In this document: piece after piece, positions 1-11,399 of the stretch | Position numbering within the stretch: the first letter of the stretch is position 1 | How the letters are laid out: each line of letters opens with the position of its first letter | NCBI GenBank assembly: GCA_038087875.1 | Contig: CM075990.1 | Location: forward strand, 8,372,001-8,436,000 | DNA: 64,000 nucleotides | Origin: Malacoraja senta | Lineage: Eukaryota | Direction: 5' to 3' | Made by a program: the position numbers and the translations under genes | The notes under the pieces: model-generated | Seen by the model: the letters and a program-made list of their open reading frames with translations, nothing else | Told to the model about the DNA's origin: nothing | The model's database searches: none

Positions 1-28
1 TTCAGGTTTCCTAAGTGGGACAGGGGCA
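1..28. mobile_element. Right terminus of a MITE (AGTGGGACAGG-type TIR), truncated by the window edge
   Basis: AGTGGGACAGGGGCA followed by TAA resembles the termini at 10045-10059 and 26384-26398; it abuts a SINE. Confidence 0.45.
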
Positions 29-247
29 TAACTCTATCCTACGCACACTAGGGACAATTTACAATGATACCAAGCCAATTAACCTACAAATCTGTACGCC
101 TTTGGAGTGTGGGAGGGAATCAGAGCATGCAGAGAAAACCCAGGCAGGTTACGGGAAGAATGTACAACATCCATACAGATAGCACCCGTAGTCAGGATCG
201 AACCCGGGTTTCTGGCGCTGTAAGGCAGCAACTCCACCGTGCTGCCC
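29..247 (-). mobile_element. HE1/V-SINE-like tRNA-derived SINE (5' part)
   Basis: Reverse complement has the GGGCAGCACGGTGG head, GGTTCGATCC B-box and the family core. Confidence 0.85.
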
Positions 248-584
248 TCTACTGGCAGTGAGGTTGGAGATGGACCCAATCATGTTCCTAGACATCTTGT
301 TCAATTTGCCGAACTGGTTGGATGATGCACATTATGTATCTGCCACCCTTCCTCCAGAAGAACGTGGACTAGTGTACATTCGACAGTGGCACCATCAGCT
401 TGGGCCTCGCGCCTGATCAACCATGATATTCAGCGATCTGAACTGATGTAAGAAAGTAGAACAGTAAATGATCATGGTAGCACTTCCATTTGGGCATATC
501 TGGTGAGATCATGCTAACTCCTGTCTTGTTTCTTGGTTTAGCCCACATGGCACAGGTCTTAACTATCAGCTCCGTATTGATGGA

Positions 585-890
585 TTGATTGAACGATACA
601 CCATTGAAACAGGTCCTTTGGCTCACCGAGTCCACGCCCACCAGCAATCACTCGTTCACACAGGTTCTATGCTATCCCACTTTTGCATCCACTCCCGACA
701 CACTAGGGATAGTTCACAGCAACCAATTAACCTCCAAACCTGCCATCACTGGGATGTGGGGGGAAGTCAGAGCACCTGGAGGAAACCCACATGGTCACAG
801 GGAGAACATGTAAACTCCACATGGACAACCCCCGTGGTCAGGATCAAACCATCTCTGGTTCTGTGAGGCTGCAGCTTTGCATCTGTTCCA
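585..890 (-). mobile_element. Degraded HE1-like SINE
   Basis: GAAACAGG...CCAATTAACCT...CAGGATCAAACC colinear with the intact copies. Confidence 0.7.
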
Positions 891-969
891 GTGTCGTTGC
901 TTTCCAAGGCTTCCTGCCCACTTTGATGTAAAGAACCTGCCTTTAAGGGACAATTTGAACCACTTTTTA

Positions 970-1366
970 TTTTAGTTTAGTTTAGTTTAGTTTACTGTCA
1001 TGTGTACCGAGGTACAGTGAAAAGCTTTTTGTTGCATGCTAACCAGTCAGCGGAAAGGCAATACATGATTACAATCGAGCCATTCACAGTGTACAGATAC
1101 ATAGTAAGGGAATAACGTTTAGTGCAAAATAAAGCCAGTAAAGTCCGATCAAAGATAGTCCGAGGGTCACCATTGAGATAGATAGTTGTTCAGGACTGCT
1201 CTCGAGCTGCGGTAGAATGGTTCCATTGCCTGTTAACAGATGGGAAGAAACTGTCCCTGAATCTAAAAGTGAGCGTTTTCATACTTCTATACCTTTTGCC
1301 CGATAGGAGAGGGGAGAGGAGGGAGTGGCCAGGGTGTGACTCATCCTTAATTATGCTGCTGGCCTT
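970..1366 (-). mobile_element. Rex1/Babar-type LINE 3' end
   Basis: Minus strand translates KASSIIKDESHPGHSLLSPLLSGKRYRSMKTLTFRFRDSFFP; (CTAAA)n tail. Confidence 0.8.
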
Positions 1367-1776
1367 AAGATATTTACATCCCAGCCAGAAATACTGGGAC
1401 TGTAATACGTGGCCCCTCCACTATCCCCTCAGCTGCTGAAGACAGACAATGTTTGGGAGTGTCACTTTAAGGCATAGAATGGAGTGTGTTCGTTACAAAA
1501 CTAGAGTTGTTAGTAATCACCATGAGAACTGTGTCCCTTATTAGGAAGTACAGACTCATGAGAATAGTCATTTGCATTGTGATTTAAAGCCATGATCTTT
1601 TGCATCATCATGAATCAATGCAGGTTAACCACGAAATAAACATTTTATTATTCCCATTGACAAAAGAAAGACTCATCAATGCTAATCTTTTAACAAAGCC
1701 TCTCAGTCTACCAAATGACACAACACATTTTCCTCAGATGTCCAAACCATTGTTTACTTTCTACCTATAATACCAA

Positions 1777-2218
1777 CCCTCGCTCCCTCTCTCCCTCTCT
1801 CCCTCTCTCCCCCTCTCCCCCCTCCCCCTCTCCCCCTCTCCCCCTCTCCCCCTCTCCCCCTCTCCCCCTCTCCCCCTCTCCCCCTCTCCCTCTCTCCCTC
1901 TCTACCCCCCCTCTCCCCATCTCCCCTCCCTCCTCCCCTCTCCCCCTCTCCCCTTCCCCCCTCTCCCCCTCTCCCCCTCTCCCCTCTCCCCCTCTCCCCC
2001 TCTCCCCCTCTCCCCCTCTCCCCCTCTCCCCCTCTCCCCCTCTCCCCCTCTCCCCCTCTCCCTCTCTACCTCCCCTTCTCCCCATCCCCCTCCCTCCTCC
2101 CCTCTCCCCCTCTCCCCTCTCCCCCTCTCTCCCTCTCTCCCTCTCTCACCCCCTCTCCCCCTTCCCCCCTCCCCCCTCCCCTTTCCCCCTTCCCTTTCCC
2201 CCTTCCCCCTTCCCTCTC
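1777..2218. repeat. Polypyrimidine (CCCCCTCT/CCCTCT)n low-complexity tract
   Basis: About 440 bp of almost only C and T on the + strand. Confidence 0.97.
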
Positions 2219-3544
2219 ACTTTTTTTGCCATTTAATCAAAATTTCATATCGGAGCTCGTAATGCCCTGCCTTATCTTTGAGGTAATATTTATGATTTAC
2301 TTCATGAAAGCCTCTAAAGATTTTATAAACCAGCAAGGTTTAAGAAATGAAGCAGCTGGAACCTTTTTTCATTCTCAGTGACCATTCAATATTGAAACTC
2401 TTTGAAGACTGCAGAATCTGCTGTGGCATTGAAAATGGATGCCATCAATAAGAATTGATTTTTACATTCCTTTTTAGTGCGTATAGGTCAGGCATCTATT
2501 CCAAAGGCAAAGTCGATTTATATCCTTGGTGCTTCAAAGATCCAGTTTGAAATTGTACTGCCTTGTTGGAAATTGAATTAGCGGGATAGAAGATCAATTT
2601 CCCTGTTTTTTCATTGGGAAAAATGGCCGTGATCAGGTCAATTTAACAGAAGTTATTAAAAGAGTTTATTTCAGTGACCTCCGGGAGAAGCCACATCTGC
2701 GTTGGGCTTGTTCATGACTCCATGAACACCGTGACAATGTAGTTTGGTTCCTTGAGCATTGTGATCAGATTCAAGTCATGCTTTGCAACCCTGAGCGTTC
2801 TTCATTATTATGCAAACTGCTTTCATTACCAATATTTACCAACTGTTCAGTTAAGCAATTTTCGCTTGATGTTAAACCAGTTAAATCAGTTAAACCATCC
2901 CTGAGTGAGCCAGGGTCTAGAATCCAAGGCAAGTTTCTGCAGCAGGTACCTGAACTCACTCAATGCCAAACAATGAAATGAGAAGCCACTGTCTCCAGAG
3001 AGGATCAGAGTGCCAAAGTGATCACACAGCTCTGCGCTCGCATATCCTTTCCAGCCTAACACTGAGCCCACAAGGTTTTTGTTGGCTAATGTGACAAGGA
3101 TCCTGGGGCAAGGTTGGGTAAATGCAGCTGATGCTTAGAACAGCCGGGGTTTAATCGAAAGATGGATCAGACTGGAAGACTGATGGGCTCCTCTCTTCCA
3201 AAGTACTGTACATCCTCCTCGGGCAGAGCTGACGTTACACTTAGGCTACAAGATGGAATTGACTTCATTCGGAGGAAATGAGAATGAGAAGCAACGCTCG
3301 AGCTTTAGTGCTTTGTTCACAGTCTCACGGATGTTTAACTGTTTATGACTTGGTGCGATATGTGCAAAGGCTCAACAGAGCCGACAGATTGTATGCCTCT
3401 CTACTGCAACAGCAAAATGTGTGCCCACCAAAAGAGAGATGTAACATTGATATGCACTTGGTGCTTGGGTTCACAGATTTGAAAATTGATCTGTTCCCTG
3501 CTTAATTAAGTTTACAAATCAGGCACTTATAATACTGGGGACTA

Positions 3545-3948
3545 CATCCGAAGGTTCAACTCCAGAGCCAACAAGATCATGGGGGACCCCTTCCACCCCA
3601 GCAACAGACTGTTCCAGCTGCTCCGGTCAGGCAAACGCCTCCGTTGCCATGCTGTGAAAACGGAGAGGATGAGAAGGAGTTCCTTCCCAGAGGCCATTAT
3701 GACTGTAAACTCCTCTCTCACCAGGGACTAACTTTACTGAACCAATCTACTGTTGTGTGGTGTCTTTTTAAAATTGCTGTTTTTTCCTCCCCCCCCCCCC
3801 CCCCACAAATATGTAATACGTGAATATGTGACTGTTCCATTCTGGTTTGTAGTTTTTTTGCACAATCCACAAGCATCGCCACTTTTAATTTCACTGCACA
3901 TCTCGTATATGTATGTGACGAATAAACTTGAATTGACTTGACTTGACT
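3545..3948 (+). mobile_element. Rex1/Babar-type LINE 3' end (second subfamily)
   Basis: Translates RANKIMGDPFHPSNRLFQLLRSGKRLRCHAVKTERMRRSSFPEAI; ends AATAAA + (CTTGA)n. Confidence 0.75.
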
Positions 3949-4154
3949 GTTGCCGGGAAATGGGCTTCATTTGTTCTTCTATCCATTTCACACCATGTCT
4001 ATAATCTCTACCCTATACTCATTATCTCTTAATACTCTTTCGCATCCTATGCTGCAATCTTTTTTATCCTGTTGCATTGGTTTTTCTGTGCTATTTTTAT
4101 GTTTAGCCTGTTTCTCTTTGTTCAACCTTCTGTGTAGCAAAGTCTTTTAAAGTT

Positions 4155-4372
4155 CCTAAATTCTAGGAACAGAATTAAGCCATTTGGCCCATCAAGTTTA
4201 CTCCGCCATTCAATCATGGCTGATCTCTCTTTCCCTCCCAATCCCATTCTCCTGCCTTTGCCCCACAACCCCTGACTCCCATACAAATCAGGAATCCGTC
4301 AATCTTCACCGTAAAAATATCTATTAACGACCTCCACAGCCTTCTGTGGCAGTGAATTCAACAGATTCACCA
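4155..4372 (-). mobile_element. CR1-type LINE 3' end
   Basis: Matches the CR1 3' region at 51400-51627 in reverse orientation. Confidence 0.75.
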
Positions 4373-5442
4373 ACCTTTTCCGCTTTTCTATATTAATAAC
4401 TCTTATAAACAACCTGGAGTGAAGCCAAGCTCCTGAAATTATGCGACACAAACATATAATTGTGAACACTTAAAATTCAGACATTTGATATGTTAAGGGA
4501 GATTCTTTGAAATGAGCTCCAATTTGTTTTAACATCATTTACATGGCTCAACAAATATTATTCCGAAGCTGGGTATTGCACCTCCTTCTGTTTCCCAAAC
4601 TATGTGATCTCTGAATTTACCAGTCTGATAAGTTTCTTGTGACTAAAGATGAAAGGAAAACTGCAGATTTTGGAAATCTGAAATATAACCCAATCAGTTC
4701 GAATGAAGGGTCTGTGATCTGAGGCATTACTAAACAATAGGTGCAGGAGTAGGCCATTCAGCCCTTCAAGCCAGGACTGCCATTCACTGTGATCATGGCT
4801 GATAACTGTTTCACTACCCTTGAGTGTTTACGGCACTTTCTGGTTATATTTAATATTTCTTGAGAACCCTCTTCAGAGAAACCTAAAACATAACTGTGCA
4901 GCAGTAATCCCGACAGACTGTAATTTCATTAATTGCGTGTTGATTTGTTGTATTTTCTGCTGAAAATGTAATCTGTTCTATTCAAGGATGGTATGAGAGG
5001 CTGCTAAGTGGGGAAACAAATACTTCTGAGACTTTAATAAGCCTGTAAGGAATGGAAGAACTCAGTAAGACTGATTGATCTTGGCTTCAACTTCACTTGT
5101 CATAGAGTCCCACAGCACAGAAGCAGGCCCTTTGGCCAATCTGTCTGTGTTGACCATTGCACCCATCTATACTAATCTATATACCTGCGTTAGGTCTTTG
5201 ACTTTTATACCTTGGTGATTCGTGTTGGTCTGGATGCTGCTGCCTCCACCACCTATTGGTGCTTCTTTATTTTAGAAATGCAGCATGGAAACAGGGCCTT
5301 CGGCCTACCGACTCCATGCCGACCATCAATCACCTGTTCAAACTCGTTCTATGTTATGGCGCTTTCTCACCCATGCCCTACGCACTAGGGGCAATTTACA
5401 GAGACCAATTAATCTACAAATCTGCATGTCTTTGTGATGTGG

Positions 5443-5668
5443 GACAGGCAGCATCTCTGGAGAGTAGGCATGGGTGACGTTTTAGGTCGAGTCCCTTCTT
5501 CAGATGATCCTATTAAAGCCTGATGTTTCGAGTCGAGAACCTTCTTCAGTCTCGACCTGAAAAGTCACCTATTCGTTTTCTCCAGAGATACTGTCTGATC
5601 CATTGAGTTACTCCTGATTTTTGTGCCTATCTTTGGTTTAAATCAGGATCTGCAGTTCCTTCCTACAT
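5443..5668. mobile_element. Penelope-derived hammerhead-motif repeat, inverted arrangement
   Basis: Minus arms ending CTTCTTCAG followed by a plus arm TCTCGACC...CTGCAGTTCCTTCCTACA. Confidence 0.7.
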
Positions 5669-5742
5669 TTATCAATGATCAATGAGAAAGGAACCTGATT
5701 AATTTGCATTCTGCTCAATATTTTCATGGAACATTTTATGTG

Positions 5743-6190
5743 AATAGGAAATGTTTGGAGGGATTTGGCTTAAATGCTGGCATGTGGGACTAGTGTAATA
5801 GGAAATGTTTGGAGGGATTTGGCTTAAATGCTGGCATGTGGGACTAGTGTAGATGGGGCATGTTGGTGAGGGTGGGACTAGTGTAGATGGGGCATGTTGG
5901 TCAGGGTGGGACTAGTGTAGATGGGGCATGTTGGTCGGGGTGGGACTAGTGTAGATGGGGCATGTTGGTCGGGGTGGGACTAGTGTAGATGGGGCATGTT
6001 GGTCGGGGTGGGACTAGTGTAGATGGGGCATGTTGGTCGGGGTGGGACTAGTGTAGATGGGGCATGTTGGTCGGGGTGGGACTAGTGTAGATGGGGCATG
6101 TTGGTCGGGGTGGGACTAGTATAGATGGGGCATGTTGGTCGGTTTGGGCAAGTTGGGCTGCGGGGCCTGTTTCCACATTGTATGACTCTA
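5743..6190 (+). repeat. CR1 3' UTR with a 54-bp duplication and a 34-bp minisatellite (8 full units plus the original)
   Basis: Unit AGATGGGGCATGTTGGTCGGGGTGGGACTAGTGT starts at 5851, 5885, 5919, 5953, 5987, 6021, 6055 and 6089, then runs into the normal CR1 tail. Confidence 0.95.
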
Positions 6191-7529
6191 CGAATCTGCT
6201 GGTTTAGATGTTTATTGATGCACTGAATTCTGCTTCTCGAGTCAGAGAAGTACACCATGGAAACAGGCCTTTCAGCCCATCGTGTCTGCATTAACCTTCA
6301 ACTATCCCTTTACGTTTATCCAACCTTAATCCTATTTTCTTTTCCTTCCCATTCTTATCAACTCCCTGTCAGATTCAATCACTCACACATATACTGGGGT
6401 AATTTACCATGGCCAATTAACCCACTCATCATCATGTCCTTGTGATGTGGGAGGAAAGTTTCCACTGCAGGGGAAACCCACGCAATGTTGTGCTTCAGAT
6501 ATTTGCTAACAATGTTTGAGGGAGTGAAGGATTTGTCTCTGCAATTCTCCGCCAATTTCACCTCTCTGCCTCTGTGCTGTCAGAAGATTCTTCAGCAGAA
6601 AACCCCTTTACCTTAACAGAGATAGAAAATGGTGTGTGAACGAAACAGGTTGGTCAGCATACATGGGGAGAGAAATTGCTGACATTTTGTGCTTAGGACC
6701 CTTCATGGGAATTGGAAAAGTGTGAGGAGAGCTGTGTTATACGTTGCGGGGAGGGGGAGGGGGAGGGTGGACAGAACCGAGCGCCTGTCAGTGGTCGGCT
6801 AGAGCCTTTATCTTTCATTGTCAGGTTTCTGTGCTTCACACAAGTGGCCATTGCTCTTGGCATCAACAAAGCAAAGGCTCTGCTTAATATATCGGCAAAA
6901 CTAATCAGGGAAGAGACATGGTTTAATTAATGAGAGCCAGAGATACCTTTAAATCGATTCAATTCCCTTGCCCAGATGCAGCAATGCTGCCCAATGGCCA
7001 CCTCATCCCTCTTGTAACGTGCTCTCGGGTAAACCATTATGTTACAGCACCAGGAACATTGCTCGTATCACTTGTGTGTGGCCTCAGTTCCCACGAGGAC
7101 GCGTTGAAAGGGAAGGAGGGTTTATCTTAGCTTCTCTGGGGGAGCTTGTGTGCGTTGGGTAGGAGCAGAGGTTAATATTCTTCAATACAATGTGCGATGA
7201 ACACTCCAGAGGCTTGTATTTCTCCATGTACAAGTGCATGAACATCCCTTAGTTTTCTTTATGTGAGGCTAGTAGGGATTTGATGTTATTAAAGGGCACT
7301 TGGTCTTGGTTGCACTGGGGACTTGAGGATTTATTTTGACACTTAAATTTTTTTTTTAATGTATTTAACTTTTTTTCTGTTTATTATGTTATCTATGAGT
7401 ACTGTGTTTATAGACCAAATACAGTTCTCAAGTAATAATTTAATCTGTTTTTGATACATATGACAATTAAAGACTCTTGACTTGCATGTGCATGTGTGCC
7501 TGTATGTATGTGTGCATGCATATTTGTGT

Positions 7530-7760
7530 TTAGTTTATTGTCACATATACCGAGGTACAGCAAAATGCTTTTGTTGCCTGCTAACCAGTCAGCAGAAAGA
7601 CAATACATGATTACAATCGTGCAATCCACAGTGTACAGATACATGATAAAGGGAATAATGTGAATAACCTTTAGTGCAAGATAAAGCCAATAAAGTCCGA
7701 TCAAAGATAATCTGACGGTCTCCAATGTGGTAGATAGTAGTTCAGGACTGCTCTCTAGTT
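7530..7760 (-). mobile_element. Rex1/Babar-type 3' UTR fragment
   Basis: Colinear with 985-1205. Confidence 0.75.
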
Positions 7761-8575
7761 GCATGTGTCTTTACGAATGTGTGTATGTGTATCTCTGTGT
7801 GTGCTTACATGTTATTGCAAGTGTGTGCACTATTACATGTGAGTGTGTGCCTTTATGTGTATGTGTGCCTTTATGTGTGTGTGTACACGTGTTTCACCCA
7901 GGCAACGTGTATTTATACCTGAACATGTGAGTAAAAGAGAGATGTGCTCTTAGAGGAATGGTATTGGTGAAACTGAAAATGACAAGGTAACGCAGGAGTC
8001 AGAGACAACACAGCTAAAAAAAATATATATATACAAAGTTGATGTGGTTAGCAGGGCCACCAGCTTTGGGAGTGGTACTGATTTATACAGTAAGGAAAAA
8101 TAGGGGAACATTGAAGCTATTTGCATACGATCAGAAAGAGAAAAAGCGGCAGCCATTTACCACTTGAATTTCTCCACCATTTAATAAGTTCATGGCTGAT
8201 CTGATTATCGGTGCACTTCCATGTCCAATGATTCTATAACCCACGATTTCATTACAATTTTTTTTTTTAAATGTACCTTAGCCTTGAATAAAGATTCCAG
8301 AACCCTAGGTTGGAGGTGATTGAGGTTTGCACTTTCCTTGCCATTTTTAAAGAGACTCTTTTCATGATGGAAGAAGCAGGGAAGAAATATTGGCATTTAA
8401 AGATATTAAAAACAAATTGCTGGAGGAACTCAATGGGCCAGGCAGCATCTGTGGAGAGAATGGTTAGACTACTTTTCAGGTTAGGACCATTTTTCAGACA
8501 GAAGAAGTGTCCTGGCCCAAAATGACGCCTGGTCATCCCTTCCACAGATGCTGCATGACCTGTTGAGTTCACCTG

Positions 8576-8603
8576 CTGAAGAAGGGTTTCGACCCGAAAC
8601 GTT
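8576..8603 (+). ncRNA. Minimal type-I hammerhead ribozyme motif inside a Penelope-derived repeat
   Basis: CTGAAGA-A-GGGT-TTCG-ACCC-GAAAC-GTT: both conserved core boxes flank a UUCG-capped stem II. Confidence 0.6.
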
Positions 8604-9754
8604 GCCTATTTCCTTCGCTCCATAGATGCTGCTGCACCCGCTGAGTTTCTCCAGCATTTTTGTGTACCTGAGTTCATCCCACATTTGTCTTTTGCTCAAG
8701 GCTCAAGCACCTGCTGTTTTTTGTGCCTCTATTGGCTTTTACATTTGCAATAGCAGGTTAGGTATAGTGGGACACATACAGATATATAAATGAAGCACAG
8801 CAGAAGGCCATTCAGTCCCTCCAGTGAATCTAATGGCAGCGTCAACTGAACCTATGGTTATTTTACACCCTTTTTCTTCTCAACTGTCTATCCAGATAAA
8901 TATATTCAAGAGGTCTGGTTCCATTATCTTTCAGGACGTGGTCTCCAAAGGTTAACAACATTCTGAGAGAAAAGAAAAATGCCTCATCTGTGCTTTTACT
9001 TGGGTGACCTTTATTTGAATGCAGTGAACTCTAGTGTAGACAATTCCACCAAAGGAAACATCCTCTCCACGTTGACCTCGAGGATCTTGTATGCTTCAAT
9101 TAACTCTGCTCGACTAGTAGGACTGTGGACAATAGGAGCAGCTGTGGCCATGGAGGAATTGATGAATAAGAATGTTATGATTGAGATGCAACTATAGGTA
9201 ATTGAGGTGGATGGCCAATGCAGTGCTTTTACAGAGTGTGAGTAGGAATAGTGCAAACAGTCTCTAAAGCCTGATCTCATGCAATTATGTCAAGGCTGAC
9301 TTGATCTTTGAATTCCTCTTCCACGCAATCCCTTGTTTGGATTCGGGGATCCGAATCCCTGGTTCAGCCTCAAATGGTGTTCATGGTGTTGATATTTGGT
9401 TCCCCCAGGATCACCAGCACCGGGACCAAACTGTTTCCTCCAGCCGTGTTCTGGGGTGCAGTGTTCCACTGGGAGGTTGACTCCTGGCACATCAGTGGGA
9501 TCTCTTTGAAAGCCTGCTACCCAATGTCCAAGCTCACTTGCTATTGAAGCTGTCAACAAAGTTGAACGCTTATGAATGCCTTTGCCCTCGCTGTGACACC
9601 AAGCTGAACTTCAAATCATGTCTCCATGCCATTAGTCTGAGTCGGAAGAACGGTTCTGACCTCAGATATCACCCATCCTTTTTCTCCAAAGATGCCGTCT
9701 GACCTGCTGAGTTTGATTTTGTTCAAACTTACCACGAGTTTGATTTTTTTTTTA

Positions 9755-10059
9755 ACTGTACGAGTTCATTCAAGAGCTCTCCCGAGTTTAAAATAAAAAT
9801 CAAACTCGTGGTAAGCACATAGAATGTGCGTTGCGGGTACGTCGGAGCTCGGGACGTCTCTTAGCGGCTCGTAACGCTAACGGCAGGTACACGGGAAATG
9901 CGGTAAGCTCGGGAAGACTCGTGAAGATTTTTCAACATGTTGAAAAATGTCCACGAGAGCCCCGAGTACCTACGAGCGGCCATTACCATAATTCTCCGAG
10001 TTCGAATCGGGGAAACTCGGGAGAACTCTAGAATTAACTCGTACAGTGGGACAGCCCCA
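9755..10059. mobile_element. MITE with long TIRs, probably PIF/Harbinger-like; left tip rearranged
   Basis: ACTGTACGAGTTCATTCAAGAGCTCTCCCGAGTTT pairs with AAACTCGGGAGAACTCTAGAATTAACTCGTACAGT; the right end is followed by TTA and the host repeat resumes. Confidence 0.75.
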
Positions 10060-10520
10060 TTACTCCAGCACTTGGTGTCCATCTCCATGCTATTAGTCAG
10101 ACTATTTATACTATCATATCATTATCCATCTCAGCTCCTTTGCTGCTAAAATGTGCATCAAACCATTGGCCGTTTTAGAATCAATGCATTCCAATAAACA
10201 ACTGGCTGACTGGTCTCCCTCAGTCTACCCTTGGTAATGAGCATAAGTAAATCACACTAAATCATCTCCCCATCTTGGGCAGATGCATAAGCAACCACAT
10301 CATCTGGACAATCTTTGGTCTCCATCCTATCAAGGGCCTCAGTTCTCTTAACCCTTCCACCACTCTACAACTTAGAACAGGCTTGTTTTCCAGTTCTCTT
10401 GAAAGATCATTGAACTGAAACATTGTCCTTTTTCTCCCCCCCACCAATGCTGCTTGGTCAGCTGAGTGTCTCCTGCATTTTCAGCTTTTGTTTCAAATTT
10501 CCAGCATCTGCGGTATCTGC

Positions 10521-10727
10521 GTAGGAAGGAACTGCAGATGCTGGTTTACACCGAAGATAGACACAAAAAGCTGGAGTAACTCAGCGGGACAGGCAGCATC
10601 CCGCTGATAGCAGGAATGGGTGACGTTTCGGGTCTGAAGGAGGGTCTCGACCCGGAACGTCACCCATTCCTTCTCTCCAGAGATGCTGCCTGCCCCGCTG
10701 AGTTACTCCAGCATTTCATGTCTGTCT
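10521..10727. mobile_element. Penelope-derived hammerhead-motif repeat, inverted pair
   Basis: GCTGGAGTAACTCAGCGGG...GTGACGTTTCGGGTC then its reverse complement. Confidence 0.8.
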
Positions 10728-11399
10728 GCAGTATCTTTTGTTTTTCAGCAACTAACTCTCTGTTGCCTTTATCCAAACTTACAAGTCAAAGTTAAACAAA
10801 GTCAAATAGAATGATGGAAGGCTAAAGTAGATTGAGAGTTATGATAGTGAATAAACAGTAGGAGACAATCCCCATGATTCAATCTTCCGTTCAAAGATAA
10901 GTCACAACTGGAAAATGTATCCATATGTGGCTAGCTAAATCAGTTTGGATGGTATATTGAAAAAAAGGTTATGAAGGAATTCCATTTTTTCCATATGACT
11001 TTTAAGGAGGACATTTGGTCCATCAAGTCTATGCAACCCCACCATGCAATGCTATCCTCTACAGATTATTCCTCCGATCTCTTCTCTCCACATTGTGATC
11101 GATCCTACCACTCACCTTCATACTTGGTGCAATTTACAGTGATCAATTATCTTAACCAACCCACATGTCTTTGGGAGGAAAGTTGAACAACTGGGGCGAA
11201 ACACAAATGGTCCCAGGTAGACCGTGCAAACTCCACACAGAGCCTGGGCCACTGCAGCTGAGGCAGCTGCACTACCCGCTGCACCACTGGGCAAAATTGT
11301 GACGGATAGTGATGGGCATGATAGGTTGGCAGAATTTTAGGGGGAAAAAAATGAAATGTCTAAAAATGACAAAGAGGGGGGAAATAAAACGTGAGCATT

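Noticed and set aside
1715..2236. Pro/Ser-rich and Gly/Glu/Arg-rich ORFs
   Set aside because: Translations of a low-complexity tract; the same applies to 40889-41220, 59040-59654 and 62049-62357
5851..6140. CRISPR-like array of ~34-bp repeats
   Set aside because: Units are head-to-tail with no unique spacers, there are no cas genes, and the unit derives from a CR1 3' UTR in a vertebrate intron
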